A stretch of 64,000 bases of DNA from Deltaproteobacteria bacterium (GTDB taxonomy: Bacteria > Myxococcota > Kuafuiibacteriia > Kuafuiibacteriales > Kuafuiibacteriaceae). Location of the stretch: NCBI GenBank assembly GCA_040218735.1, contig JAVJQW010000018.1, forward strand, positions 224,001 through 288,000, read 5' to 3'. Position 1 is the stretch's first letter. Each line of letters begins with the position of its first letter. Below the pieces are notes generated by a model. The model saw only the letters and a list, made by a program, of their open reading frames with translations. It was not told where the DNA came from and did no database searches. The position numbers were made by a program, and so were the translations under genes. Positions 41,028 through 50,940 of the stretch are shown here, piece after piece.

Positions 41028-42635
41028 TCAGCTCGCCGGTTCGAGGACCAGCGGGTACGCGACGGGCACGGCGACGTCGGCGAGGGGCTCGAGCTGCCAG
41101 CGCGTCGCGGCGTCCTCGATGCAACGCGTGACGGCGCGGCTCCCCAACGATTGATCCTCGGCGCGGACGTCGTCGGTGCGCCCACTCGGCAACACGTCGA
41201 GGCGAAGCACGACGCGACCGGCGAGGCTCGGTGAGTCCACGAGGCCGTTGCGGTAACAACGCGAGACGTCGGCGAGGTGCGGCTTGAAGACCTGCGCGAT
41301 GCGCGCACGGGAGATCTTGGGTACGGGCTTCGTGCTCCGTTTCTTCGTCGTTCGTTTCTTCGCCGTTCGATTCTTACCCGTGCGCTTCGGCTCGGGCTCC
41401 GCAGCGGGCGTCGCTGGGCGGGTGCTCGCGTAGACCGGTGCGGCGGCGAGGTCCGCTCCGCGCGTGAGCTGCCCGCGTGTGCTGAGGCGAATCGACTGCG
41501 CGTCCCGCAGGACCTCCGAGACGACGGCGCGCGAGTCGAACAACGCGAGCGGGATGGCGATCATCAGGTTCTTGAACGGGCCGTCCTTCCCGCCGATGTG
41601 TTGCAGGAGCCGGTGCAGCTGCGAGGCACGGGTGTCGAGGTCGGCGGTCACGATGACCCCTTGCTCGTCGCGGTAGGACTGACGCACTTGTTCGAGGCGC
41701 GCGCGGACCTCCTCGAACTCGGGGCCGTTGCGGCTGCGGGGCACGGTGGCGCCGTGCTGCGGTCCGACGCGCGGCGGGAGCACGCCGCCTCGGGCGGCGA
41801 TCCAAGCGTCGCCGTCGTTGCCGAGCGCGACGACCAGTCGTAGCGCGTCCTCCGCCAACATCCGCGGGCTCGTGCGGGAGGCGGTGCGGCGTCCGAACAC
41901 GGCGACGATCGGCGCGTCTTCGCTGTCCGTCGAGCGCCGAATCTCTTCGACCTCCGCCAGGCAGTCCACGCAGGTGCCATACGGGGCGAGGGTGATCCGG
42001 ACCTTCTGAACGTTGAGATCGAGGACGACCAACTCGACCGCGCGGTGGTCCGCGAGCCCGGCCGTGTAGATCATCTGCGCGATGGTCTTGAACGGGAGGG
42101 AGGGGTGCACACCCAGCGTGATCTTGTCCGTGCCGCGCGCGCGTAGGGTTTCGTAGAGCGGCGTGATCACCAGCGACCCCGTGTCGAGGTCGTGTCCACC
42201 GACGAGTCCGCTGTCGAGCTCGGCCACGATTCGACCGTCGACCGTGATGAAGCGCATCGAAGCCGCGACGGGCGCCGCGAGGAGGCGTGTCATCGCGTCA
42301 CACGACCAGCCCTGCTCTCCCGCGGCCGCGAGGGCGTCGAGGATCGCGTCGTACTTTTCGCCCGGCGGGCTCGTCCCGACGACTTGGGCGAGGGCGATCG
42401 AGTCGTCCGTCGGCCACTGGGCGGAGAACTCCCGGGCGAGGAAGGCGGGTCGCCGTTCCACCGGGAGCGCCTCGGCGCGCTTCGCGATCTCACAGACCTC
42501 GTTGAGATTTCGGGTCACCGGACACCCGACTGCACCGCAGTACAGGTTCTCGATTCGGGTCGGCCCGAGGAGGATGAGCGTCCCGGCGAAAGTGCCGAAG
42601 AGAAAGCCCAAGACCAAATGCGTCGGGACCCGCAT
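41028..42635 (-). CDS. Fusion of two ExbD/TolR (AglS/AglQ-like) periplasmic domains with an AgmX/PglI TonB-C-like domain
   Basis: LPFKTIAQMIYTAGLA; VIVTAD...QLHRLL; C-terminal VSRCYRNGL...PSLAGRV...V.RCI......W...YPL. Confidence 0.7.
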   Translation of the reverse strand: MRVPTHLVLGFLFGTFAGTLILLGPTRIENLYCGAVGCPVTRNLNEVCEIAKRAEALPVERRPAFLAREFSAQWPTDDSIALAQVVGTSPPGEKYDAILDALAAAGEQGWSCDAMTRLLAAPVAASMRFITVDGRIVAELDSGLVGGHDLDTGSLVITPLYETLRARGTDKITLGVHPSLPFKTIAQMIYTAGLADHRAVELVVLDLNVQKVRITLAPYGTCVDCLAEVEEIRRSTDSEDAPIVAVFGRRTASRTSPRMLAEDALRLVVALGNDGDAWIAARGGVLPPRVGPQHGATVPRSRNGPEFEEVRARLEQVRQSYRDEQGVIVTADLDTRASQLHRLLQHIGGKDGPFKNLMIAIPLALFDSRAVVSEVLRDAQSIRLSTRGQLTRGADLAAAPVYASTRPATPAAEPEPKRTGKNRTAKKRTTKKRSTKPVPKISRARIAQVFKPHLADVSRCYRNGLVDSPSLAGRVVLRLDVLPSGRTDDVRAEDQSLGSRAVTRCIEDAATRWQLEPLADVAVPVAYPLVLEPAS

Positions 42636-42727
42636 TGCGCGAGCGATACTAGCGATCGCATTCCTGTTAGAAAAGGCGGATTCGGTTTGCGATGAACGAA
42701 AGTCTGGGCGGGTTGGTTTGCGCGGAG

Positions 42728-42752
42728 AGAATACGGGTTCTCGGAGTATTCT
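42728..42752. promoter_or_regulatory. Palindromic operator candidate AGAATAC-N11-GTATTCT
   Basis: Perfect 7-bp AT-rich inverted repeat in a divergent intergenic region. Confidence 0.35.
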
Positions 42753-42817
42753 GTAAGGGGCTTCCCGCTGAGGGACCTCACCCGGCGGCGCTGCGGACGG
42801 CGCAGGACGCAGCTAAG

Positions 42818-45148
42818 ATGGCGCGCGTGGGGAGGGGATCGCGCTTCGCGCCGGCCGCGCTGCTGGTGGGGATCGGCTGCGCCGAAGGCCCGGTCGACGT
42901 GTTCCTCGACTTCGCGGAACAGACACAGACGGTCGTCGTCGCGGTCGAAGAGAACGGAGCGTTGCGCGTGTCCGCGTACGACGCGCGCGAAGGCAACGCC
43001 GTGCTCACGGACGTCGATGATCCGCAGACCGACGTCACGATCTACGTGCTGCAGTACCGCGCGTCACTCACGCAGCTCGACATGACCGCGGGGGAGCTCG
43101 CGCCGATCCGCGACAACCTCACGCCGAGCCAGTTCCTCACGCCTGCGGACCGCCAAGACTTCCGCGTCGTCCGCGGACGCGAAGCCGGCGAGTGGTCCGA
43201 GCTCGAGTCGTTTCCCGACATCGTCGCGGGCTTTCGTTTCAAAAGAACGACGGCCGCCGACTGCCTCGTGCAGGGCGGCTGTTATGTCGGCCAAGTCACG
43301 GCCGGCGGTGAAGCGCCGCTGTGCGTGACGCCGTGTCCCGAGCCGACGGCACCCGCACCGCCGGAGCCTCCGGAGCCGCCTCGCATGGTGTGCCCGGACG
43401 GCTGGGAGACCGGCGCCGCGCGCGGGCCGGACGACGTCGCCGTCTGCGAGCCGTACGGTGGGACGCGCGTGGCCGACACGTGCGGAGCGGGTGAACAACA
43501 CCTGCCCGGCACCCCCGGGTGTCGGCGCATGGGGCGCGTGTGTCCGGCGGGGGACTTCGGTGACGTGCCCGCGGGCGCACACTACGTGCGGGTCGGTGCG
43601 ACGAACGGCAACGGCTCCGCGGCGAACCCGTTCGGCACGATCGCGGAGGCGCTCGCTGCGGCTTCGGACGGCGACGTCATCGCGCTCGCGCGCGGACGAT
43701 TCACGGAGCGGGTGACGTTGAACCGCCCGATCACCTTGGTCGGCGCGTGTGTCGAAGACACGATCATCGACGGGACCGTGACGACGCTGACCGTCACGTC
43801 GACCGGCGTCTACCTGGAGGACCTGAGCGTCGAGGGCACGCGTGGCGTCGAAGTCTCGAGCGGTGTGCTCCACCTCGACGCCGTCGCGTTTTCACCGCGC
43901 ACCTCCTACGCGCTCTCGGTGACGGGCGGAGACGTACGCGGAGAGGGCGTGCACTTCGAGGGCACGAGCTTCGGGATGTTCGTCTCGTCCGGCGCGGTCG
44001 ACCTCGTCGACGTCACCGCGACCGACATGAACGGCACCGTCGCGACCGTGAACGGCGGCCGCGTCGCGATCACCAGCTTCCTCTTCGACACCATCGCGAG
44101 CTTCGGCCTGTCGGCGCGCGGCGGTGAGACACGACTCTCCCGCGGAATGATCCGAGAGCACGCTTTCGCCGCGGTCTCCGCGTCCTCGGGGGCGCGCGTC
44201 GATCTGGAGGACGTCGTCATCCGCGAGTCCGTCGGCAACGGGGCGAGCGCGGTGTACGCGTCGTCCGAGGCCGAGGTCGTCGGGACGCGCGTCCTCATCG
44301 AGCGCGCGCAGGGGTCCGCCGTCGCCTCGTCGAACGCACACGCCGAGCTGATCGACAGCGTCGTGCGCGAGACCCGCAGTCAGGAAGCGACCGGGTACTT
44401 CGGCCACGGCGCGGACACCGTCGACGGCGGGACGCTCCGCTTCGAACGCACCGTGTTCTGGGAGATGCGCGGGAGCGGCATCTTCGCGATCGGCGAAGGC
44501 GCACACATCGAGCTCGTCGACGTCGTCGTCGCGGAGGTGCGTGGTTGGCAGTTCGACGGCGATCTCGGCGTGGCGCTGCGGGCCGTCGAGGGCGGAACGA
44601 TCACCGTCGAGCGCGTGCGTGTTCCACGCGCGCACAGCTTCGGCGTCGTCGCGTCGAAGCAGTCCGCCGTCACGGGAACGGACCTGCACGTCCTCGACAC
44701 CCTCCCGCGGGATCTCAACGGCGCCTACGGGCGCGGCGCGGAGATCGAGGACGGGTCCAAGCTGCACATCACCCGCGGGATCTTCGAGGACGGCCACAGC
44801 GTCGCGGTCTACGGTCTGGACCCGGGGACCGACATCCAGCTCTACGACGTCCGTCTGTCCGGCAGCTCGGAGAGCGCCTGCGTGCTGTTCTCCTGCAACG
44901 TGGGCCTCGCGGATGGGATCTCCATCATCCTCAGCGCGCGCGCGCACGTGGAGCGATTCGAGATCGTCGACAATGATCAGTATGGGGTTCGCATCTCCAA
45001 CGAGCCGCTGCTGACGCTGGCCGACGGCCTGATCGCTCGCAACGCGACGGGCATTCAATCGGTTTCGCCGAACTTCGCGATCGACCAGATCGCGGACCGC
45101 GTCCGCGTCGTCGACAACGCCGAGCCCCTCGACCTCGTCGGCCCGTAG
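42818..45148 (+). CDS. Cys-rich lipoprotein with right-handed beta-helix (paralog of 38568-41027)
   Basis: VGIGC lipobox; CLVQGGCY, YVRVGATNGNGS..NPFGTI, GACVE. Start is ATG 42818 or GTG 42827. Confidence 0.8.
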   Translation: MARVGRGSRFAPAALLVGIGCAEGPVDVFLDFAEQTQTVVVAVEENGALRVSAYDAREGNAVLTDVDDPQTDVTIYVLQYRASLTQLDMTAGELAPIRDNLTPSQFLTPADRQDFRVVRGREAGEWSELESFPDIVAGFRFKRTTAADCLVQGGCYVGQVTAGGEAPLCVTPCPEPTAPAPPEPPEPPRMVCPDGWETGAARGPDDVAVCEPYGGTRVADTCGAGEQHLPGTPGCRRMGRVCPAGDFGDVPAGAHYVRVGATNGNGSAANPFGTIAEALAAASDGDVIALARGRFTERVTLNRPITLVGACVEDTIIDGTVTTLTVTSTGVYLEDLSVEGTRGVEVSSGVLHLDAVAFSPRTSYALSVTGGDVRGEGVHFEGTSFGMFVSSGAVDLVDVTATDMNGTVATVNGGRVAITSFLFDTIASFGLSARGGETRLSRGMIREHAFAAVSASSGARVDLEDVVIRESVGNGASAVYASSEAEVVGTRVLIERAQGSAVASSNAHAELIDSVVRETRSQEATGYFGHGADTVDGGTLRFERTVFWEMRGSGIFAIGEGAHIELVDVVVAEVRGWQFDGDLGVALRAVEGGTITVERVRVPRAHSFGVVASKQSAVTGTDLHVLDTLPRDLNGAYGRGAEIEDGSKLHITRGIFEDGHSVAVYGLDPGTDIQLYDVRLSGSSESACVLFSCNVGLADGISIILSARAHVERFEIVDNDQYGVRISNEPLLTLADGLIARNATGIQSVSPNFAIDQIADRVRVVDNAEPLDLVGP

Positions 45149-45228
45149 CCCCTCGCGCACGGTGTCGGGTGGTGTAGGAACCAGCCAAGTCTTTTGCTCC
45201 GTCGGCCCGAACGAGTATCTTCGCCGCA

Positions 45229-46710
45229 ATGCGGGTGTGTCCCCGATGTCGGTCGATCTACTCGACCCGAACGGCCTTCTGCGGCATCGACGGCGAACGC
45301 CTCAACGAACAGAAGGTCGACCCGCTGATCGGTCGCGATCTGGGACGGTACACGGTGTCCGCGAAGCTCGGCACCGGGAGCACCGGCTGCGTGTACCGCG
45401 CGCAGCACCGCGAGCTCGCGACGGACTTCGCGATCAAGGTGCTCTTCGGCGACTTGGGTTCGAACGAAACGGTCGTCACGCGCTTCAAGCGTGAAGCGCA
45501 GGCGGCGAGTCGCATCCGCAGCCCGTACGTCGTCTCCGTCACGGACTTCGGCACGACCGACGCGGGGCTCGTCTACCTGGTGATGGAGTACTCACCCGGG
45601 CGGACACTCCAGGATCTGATGCGGGACCACGGGCCGATGGACCCCGCCGACGTCGCGCGCGTCGCCGGGCAGATCGCTCGCGGGCTCGACGCCGCGCACG
45701 CGCTCGGTTTCGTCCACCGCGACATCAAACCCGCCAACATCGTGATGGTGAAGGAGCAGGACCGTGAGGTCGCGAAGCTCCTCGACTTCGGCATCGTGCG
45801 CCTCACCGACGAGGACGAGGACACCACGAAGCTCACGCGCGACGGCCTCGTCGTCGGCACGCCGGCGTACATGTCGCCCGAGCAGGCGCAGGGGCTGCCG
45901 ATCACCCGCGCCGCGGATCTGTACTCGCTCGGGGTGGTGATGTTCGAGATGCTCGAGGGGCGTCGGCCGTTCAAGGCGCGCTCCGTCGCGGAGATGGTCG
46001 TCAAACACGCCGACACGCCGCCGCCGCCGATGCACGCGCACGGAGGGTTGGAGCTGATCACGATGCGCCTCCTCGCGAAGTCGCCGACCGAGCGCTTCGA
46101 GAGCGCGTCCGCGGTCGTCGATGCGATCGCGGAGCTCGTGTTCACCGAGCGCACGCGCAACGACCGCCCGCCGCGCGGCGACACCGCGCTCGCGTCGGGG
46201 CCCGCGCCGGCGGCGATCGCTTCGAACCCCGGCGTCGTGCAGTCGAACCCGACGAATGTCGAGAGCGCGGGGCAGGCGCCGTTCGTCAGCACGCAGCCTT
46301 CACTCGATCCGCAGCTGACGACCGCGTACATGCCGGTCAATCGCGGGCTCCTCGTCGCGGCGATCGGCGGGGCGCTCGTCGCGGTCGTGACCGTGACGCT
46401 CGCGATCGCGCGTCCGGATCTGCTCTCCGGGACGACGGAGGCGCCCATCGTCGAGGTCGAGCCCGTCGAAGCACCCAAACCTCCGCCGGTGCCCACCACG
46501 AAGGCGATTCGCCGACGCCTCGACAACCTGGATGGCGCCGTCGCGTCGCTGAAGGACGTCGTCCAGGCCGACGTGATGGACGACTTCGAGTCGAGGTACC
46601 TCGGCCTGTACAAGCGACTCCTGGACGGGCTCCCCGACGCCACGCGCCGGACGATCGTCGCCGACATCGACGCCTTCGAAGCCGACATCGAACGCGCCAA
46701 GAAGCGCTGA
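45229..46710 (+). CDS. Ser/Thr protein kinase with N-terminal Cys ribbon, TM and extracytoplasmic helical tail
   Basis: CPRC...CGIDG, GTGSTG, HRDIKPAN, DFG, GTPAYMSPE. Confidence 0.93.
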   Translation: MRVCPRCRSIYSTRTAFCGIDGERLNEQKVDPLIGRDLGRYTVSAKLGTGSTGCVYRAQHRELATDFAIKVLFGDLGSNETVVTRFKREAQAASRIRSPYVVSVTDFGTTDAGLVYLVMEYSPGRTLQDLMRDHGPMDPADVARVAGQIARGLDAAHALGFVHRDIKPANIVMVKEQDREVAKLLDFGIVRLTDEDEDTTKLTRDGLVVGTPAYMSPEQAQGLPITRAADLYSLGVVMFEMLEGRRPFKARSVAEMVVKHADTPPPPMHAHGGLELITMRLLAKSPTERFESASAVVDAIAELVFTERTRNDRPPRGDTALASGPAPAAIASNPGVVQSNPTNVESAGQAPFVSTQPSLDPQLTTAYMPVNRGLLVAAIGGALVAVVTVTLAIARPDLLSGTTEAPIVEVEPVEAPKPPPVPTTKAIRRRLDNLDGAVASLKDVVQADVMDDFESRYLGLYKRLLDGLPDATRRTIVADIDAFEADIERAKKR

Positions 46711-46755
46711 CTCGGTTCAGCTCGAGCGGGCACTCCCCGGCCGGCTATCCGATAC

Positions 46756-47577
46756 CTAGTACGAGCCGTACGGCTTGCCGTCCTTGTTGAGGTGGCGGCC
46801 CTTGGAGCGCGGCGACAAGCTCAGTTGCACGTCCGCGGCGTCACCCGCTGGCACGTCGACCCAAGACGCGGTCGGCTGCATCCCCGGCCCCCACGCGACG
46901 ATCTCGTGGCGCCCCGGCGGGACACCTTCGAGCGAGAACTTCCCGCCGCCGCTGACCTTCGCGTAGTAGCGGTTCGGTACGACGAGGACCTCGGCCGTCA
47001 TCTTCGCGTGCATGTTGCAGAAGACGTCGATCAGCCCGGGCCGCATGAAGCGGAAGCTCTTGGCGTCGTCGCCCTTGCGGTAGATGCCGAGGTCGAAGCT
47101 CGCGTACGGGCTGTTCGAGAAGACGTTGTGGTAGATGTTGTCCTTGTTCGGGAACTCGATCGTCGTCCCCTTCCGGATGACCATCCACCGCGGGTTGAAC
47201 TGCCGACCGCTCTGCGCGATGACCTGCTTCCCACGCTGGAGCTTGCCGCGAATATCTCGAACATAAACGTACGCGGCGCCCTTCGTTCCGCGCACCGTGC
47301 CGCGGATTGAGCCGCGCTTCTTCTTGGTGCTGCTGCGGCGCGGCGGAGGCGGCGCGACCTCGGAGGGTGCGGGCTCGATGCCGTCGTCCGAGGGTTCGAT
47401 CGACGCGGTCCCCGTGCGCTGCGCGAGGAGGTTCTCCAGCAGCGCGCGGAGCTCGCGGACCTCGGCCTCGAGGCGCGCGATGTCCTTGCCGACCTGGTAG
47501 GCGTCTTTGCACTTGTCGTCGGCGTGCGCGGGCGTGGCCGAGGCGAGGAGGGCGAACGTGAACAGGATCCGTTTCAT
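46756..47577 (-). CDS. Secreted cupredoxin-like (MauL-like) protein with carboxypeptidase-regulatory-like domain
   Basis: FPNKDNIYHNVFS, FDLG.Y, VFCNMHAKM, GVPPG.H...AW. Confidence 0.8.
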   Translation of the reverse strand: MKRILFTFALLASATPAHADDKCKDAYQVGKDIARLEAEVRELRALLENLLAQRTGTASIEPSDDGIEPAPSEVAPPPPRRSSTKKKRGSIRGTVRGTKGAAYVYVRDIRGKLQRGKQVIAQSGRQFNPRWMVIRKGTTIEFPNKDNIYHNVFSNSPYASFDLGIYRKGDDAKSFRFMRPGLIDVFCNMHAKMTAEVLVVPNRYYAKVSGGGKFSLEGVPPGRHEIVAWGPGMQPTASWVDVPAGDAADVQLSLSPRSKGRHLNKDGKPYGSY

Positions 47578-47609
47578 GCCTGACCGAAGTTGTCGCCCGC
47601 GCGGCGTCT

Positions 47610-47954
47610 TCAGTCCAGGCGGCGACGCAACTTGGCGCGCCCGATCCAGCGCAGCGTGTCGAACACGACGCGGGCACCCGCGTCCGAAGCGTGGATGCGG
47701 AGGATGCGATCGGGGACAGCGATGTCGATCGTCGTCCCCTCCTCGCGGATGCGCTCGATGTCCGCGTACGCCACCGCGTCGTCGCCGATGACGAACCCCT
47801 CCGCGTAGAACGCCGCCGCGCCGACGTCGCTCTCGACCCGGATCTCGGGGGCGCCGAAGGTCGCGTGTGCGGCGTCCAACGCGACGAGCCGGACGGCGTC
47901 GCCGATCTCGGCGCGCCGCACCTTGCCCTCGACGAAGTCGCGGATCGATTTCAT
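47610..47954 (-). CDS. Hypothetical protein
   Basis: ORF 7 nt downstream of scoB on the same strand, GC3-biased codons. Confidence 0.6.
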   Translation of the reverse strand: MKSIRDFVEGKVRRAEIGDAVRLVALDAAHATFGAPEIRVESDVGAAAFYAEGFVIGDDAVAYADIERIREEGTTIDIAVPDRILRIHASDAGARVVFDTLRWIGRAKLRRRLD

Positions 47955-47961
47955 CCGAGGC

Positions 47962-48633
47962 TCACCCGGCGAGGGAAGGGATCGGCATGGTCGGGACGTC
48001 GCCGCGCACGAGCAGCTCGGGCTCGGTCTTGGACTGCACTTCGTCGAGCGTCACGCCGGGAGCGAGCTCCTCGAGCACGAGGCCTTCGCCGCTGACGGAG
48101 ATGACGGCGAGATCGGTGACGATCGTGTGCACGCAGCTCAGCCCGGTGAGCGGCAGCGAGCATTCGTTCAGGATCTTCGGGTCGCCCTTCTTGGTGACGT
48201 GCTCCATCGCGACGATCACGCGGCGCGCACCGGCGACGAGGTCCATCGCGCCGCCCATGCCCTTCACCATCTTGCCGGGGATCATCCAGTTCGCGATGTC
48301 GCCGTTCTTCGAGACCTGGAGCGCGCCGAGCACCGTCATGTCGATGTGGCCGCCGCGCACCATCGCAAACGAGGTTGCGCTGTCGAAGTAACTCGTCCCG
48401 GCGATCTCGGAGACGGTCTGCTTGCCGGCGTTGATGAGGTCGGCGTCCTCTTCACCTTCGTAGGGGAAGGGGCCGATGCCCATCATGCCGTTCTCGGAGT
48501 GAAGGACGACCTCCATCGAGTCCGGGATGTAGTTCGCGGCGAGCGTCGGCATGCCGATGCCGAGGTTGATGAACATGCCGTCCGAGAATTCCTGGGCGAC
48601 GCGTTCGAGGATCTGTTCGCGGGTGATGGCCAT
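47962..48633 (-). CDS. scoB: 3-oxoacid CoA-transferase subunit B
   Basis: [36 protein letters not shown]. Confidence 0.95.
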   Translation of the reverse strand: MAITREQILERVAQEFSDGMFINLGIGMPTLAANYIPDSMEVVLHSENGMMGIGPFPYEGEEDADLINAGKQTVSEIAGTSYFDSATSFAMVRGGHIDMTVLGALQVSKNGDIANWMIPGKMVKGMGGAMDLVAGARRVIVAMEHVTKKGDPKILNECSLPLTGLSCVHTIVTDLAVISVSGEGLVLEELAPGVTLDEVQSKTEPELLVRGDVPTMPIPSLAG

Positions 48634-48644
48634 TCGAGTGTCTC

Positions 48645-49343
48645 CTAGGGGCGCGGGCGCACGGTGCGCTGCTCGATCCACTTCTCGTAGTCGGCGCCTT
48701 GCACGACGCGCTGCACGAACACGCCGGGGGTGTGGATCTGGTCGGGGTCGAGCTCGCCGAGCGGGACGATGTGCTCGGCTTCGACGATCGTCACCTTCCC
48801 GGCCATGCACATCATCGGGGCGAAGTTGCGGGCGGTCTTACGGAACACGCAGTTGCCCCAGCGGTCGGCCTTGTAGGCGCGCACGAACGTGAAGTCGGCT
48901 TTGAGGGGGCGCTCGAGGACGTAGTCGACGCCGTCGAAGTTGCGCGTCTCCTTGCCTTCCGCCGCCTTGGTGCCGAACGCGGTCGGCGTGTAGAACGCGC
49001 CGATCCCCGCGCCGCCCGCGCGGATGCGCTCGGCGAGGGTGCCCTGCGGGCACAGCTCGACCTCCAGCTCGCCGGAGAGGAACTGCCGTTCGAACTCCTT
49101 GTTCTCGCCGACGTAGCTCGAGATCATCTTCTTGAGCTGCTTCGCCTGCAGCAGGATCCCGAGGCCGTGCTCGGTCGTCCCGCAATTGTTGCTGATGACC
49201 GTGAGGTCCTTCAGCCCGCGGGCGTGCAGGGCGGTGATCAGGTTCTCCGGGTTACCGCACAGGCCGAAACCACTCGACATGATCGTCGCGCCGTCCGTCA
49301 TGTCCTCGATGGCCGCGGCGGCGCTCGGGTAGACCTTGTCCAT
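48645..49343 (-). CDS. scoA: 3-oxoacid CoA-transferase subunit A
   Basis: [39 protein letters not shown]. Confidence 0.95.
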   Translation of the reverse strand: MDKVYPSAAAAIEDMTDGATIMSSGFGLCGNPENLITALHARGLKDLTVISNNCGTTEHGLGILLQAKQLKKMISSYVGENKEFERQFLSGELEVELCPQGTLAERIRAGGAGIGAFYTPTAFGTKAAEGKETRNFDGVDYVLERPLKADFTFVRAYKADRWGNCVFRKTARNFAPMMCMAGKVTIVEAEHIVPLGELDPDQIHTPGVFVQRVVQGADYEKWIEQRTVRPRP

Positions 49344-49429
49344 ACCGCGGGCTGTACCGAACGTCCGTACGGCGGTCAATCTGAGGGGGCCTTGCACCGG
49401 GCCTCGGCGCTTGAGAGAGTCGCCGCATC

Positions 49430-49771
49430 GTGTCGGACAACCGTCGAGAGGAGCGCCTCCCGGTCGACGTGAAGGTCGACTACCGCACCGTCGGGAGCTT
49501 CATCACCGACTACTCCAAAGACCTGAGCAAGGGCGGCATCTTCATCAAGACGTCGCTGCCCTACGAGGTCGGCGAGCGCGTGCGCCTTCGACTCACCCTC
49601 CCGGACGGCGACGCACCCTTTGCGTTGGACGGCGTGGTGAAGTGGGTGTCGACGCTGCGCGACCGCGAGAAACACCCCGCAGGGATGGGGATCGAGTTCG
49701 TGGACTTCGACGAGAAGATCCAAAAGAAGCTCGAAGACCTCGTGAACGCCTACCGCTCCAAGGGAGCCTGA
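49430..49771 (+). CDS. PilZ-domain protein (myxobacterial TIGR02266-like)
   Basis: RREER, DLSKGGIFI, GMGIEF. Confidence 0.9.
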   Translation: MSDNRREERLPVDVKVDYRTVGSFITDYSKDLSKGGIFIKTSLPYEVGERVRLRLTLPDGDAPFALDGVVKWVSTLRDREKHPAGMGIEFVDFDEKIQKKLEDLVNAYRSKGA

Positions 49772-49782
49772 GAGAACACACC

Positions 49783-50940
49783 ATGCAGCTGGTTACCGAG
49801 GACCGCCTGGCGACCGGCGGTGAGGCGGTCGCGCGCGCGGACGATGGCCGCGTCGTGTTCGTCGCGGGCGCAGCGCCGAACGAGACCGTCGAGGTCGAAA
49901 TCACGCAGCAGAAGAAGCGCTTCCTGCGCGCGCGGGTGTTGTCGGTCGTGGAGCCGAGCGCCGCGCGGGTCGAGCCGCAGTGCGCGCACTACGACATCTG
50001 TGGTGGGTGCGTGTTGCAGCACGTCGAGGCGGCGACGCAGACGCGGCTGAAGGACGCCGCGACGATCCAGACGATCACCCGCGTCGGTCGCGTGGACCCG
50101 AGCACGTACGAGCACCTCGCGCCGTGGTCGGGCGACGCGTACGGCTATCGGACGCGCGCGCGGTTCGCGGTGGCGGACGGGGTCGTCGGGTACCGCGGTG
50201 CGAAGAGCCACCGGGTGGTCGACGTCGAGTCGTGCCCGATCCTCGCGTCGGGCGCCGCGCGTGGGTTGGCGGCGTTGCGCGCGGCGAGCCCGAGCGTGGA
50301 CGGCATCGTGGACGTCTCGGTGATCGGATCCGGCGACGACGTGCTCGCCGACGCCCCGTCGGCGCTCGAGGGGGTGCGCACCGACGCCGACGCGACGCTC
50401 GAAGCCGACGATGGCTTGGGGCTCATGCTCCTGTCGCCGCGTGTCTTCGCGCAGGCGAACGCGGCGGGGAACGCGGCGCTCGTCGAGCAGGTCACGGCGT
50501 GGGTCGAGGCGGCGGCGCCGTCGACGATCCTCGAGCTCTACGCCGGGTCCGGAAACTTCACGCGCAGCATCGCGCGGCACGCAGCGCGGGTCGTGGCGAT
50601 CGAGCAGAGCGAGGAGGCTTCCCAGCTCGCGAAGCGGGCGGCCGTCGAGCACGTCGAGGTGTGGGGGGTGTCGGTCGAGTCGGGGCTTTTGTCCTGGAGC
50701 GGCGACGCGCCGGATCTGGTGTTGCTCGATCCACCGCGTCGGGGCGTGGAGCCGTCGACGCTGGAAGCGCTGGTGAAGCTCGCGCCGTCGAAGCTGGTCT
50801 ACGTGAGCTGCGACCCGGGCACGTTTGCGCGCGACGCCGCGGCGTTGGGCGAAGCGGGGTATCGGCTCGACGCCGTGCGGGTCTTCGACCTGTACCCGCA
50901 GACCGCGCACGTCGAGCTCGTCGCCCAGCTGTCGCGATGA
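49783..50940 (+). CDS. rlmD: 23S rRNA m5U methyltransferase (RlmD/RumA family)
   Basis: TRAM domain, C.HY..CGGC, FAQAN, LYAGSGNF, LDPPR.G, YVSCDP, DLYPQT.HVE. Confidence 0.9.
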   Translation: MQLVTEDRLATGGEAVARADDGRVVFVAGAAPNETVEVEITQQKKRFLRARVLSVVEPSAARVEPQCAHYDICGGCVLQHVEAATQTRLKDAATIQTITRVGRVDPSTYEHLAPWSGDAYGYRTRARFAVADGVVGYRGAKSHRVVDVESCPILASGAARGLAALRAASPSVDGIVDVSVIGSGDDVLADAPSALEGVRTDADATLEADDGLGLMLLSPRVFAQANAAGNAALVEQVTAWVEAAAPSTILELYAGSGNFTRSIARHAARVVAIEQSEEASQLAKRAAVEHVEVWGVSVESGLLSWSGDAPDLVLLDPPRRGVEPSTLEALVKLAPSKLVYVSCDPGTFARDAAALGEAGYRLDAVRVFDLYPQTAHVELVAQLSR

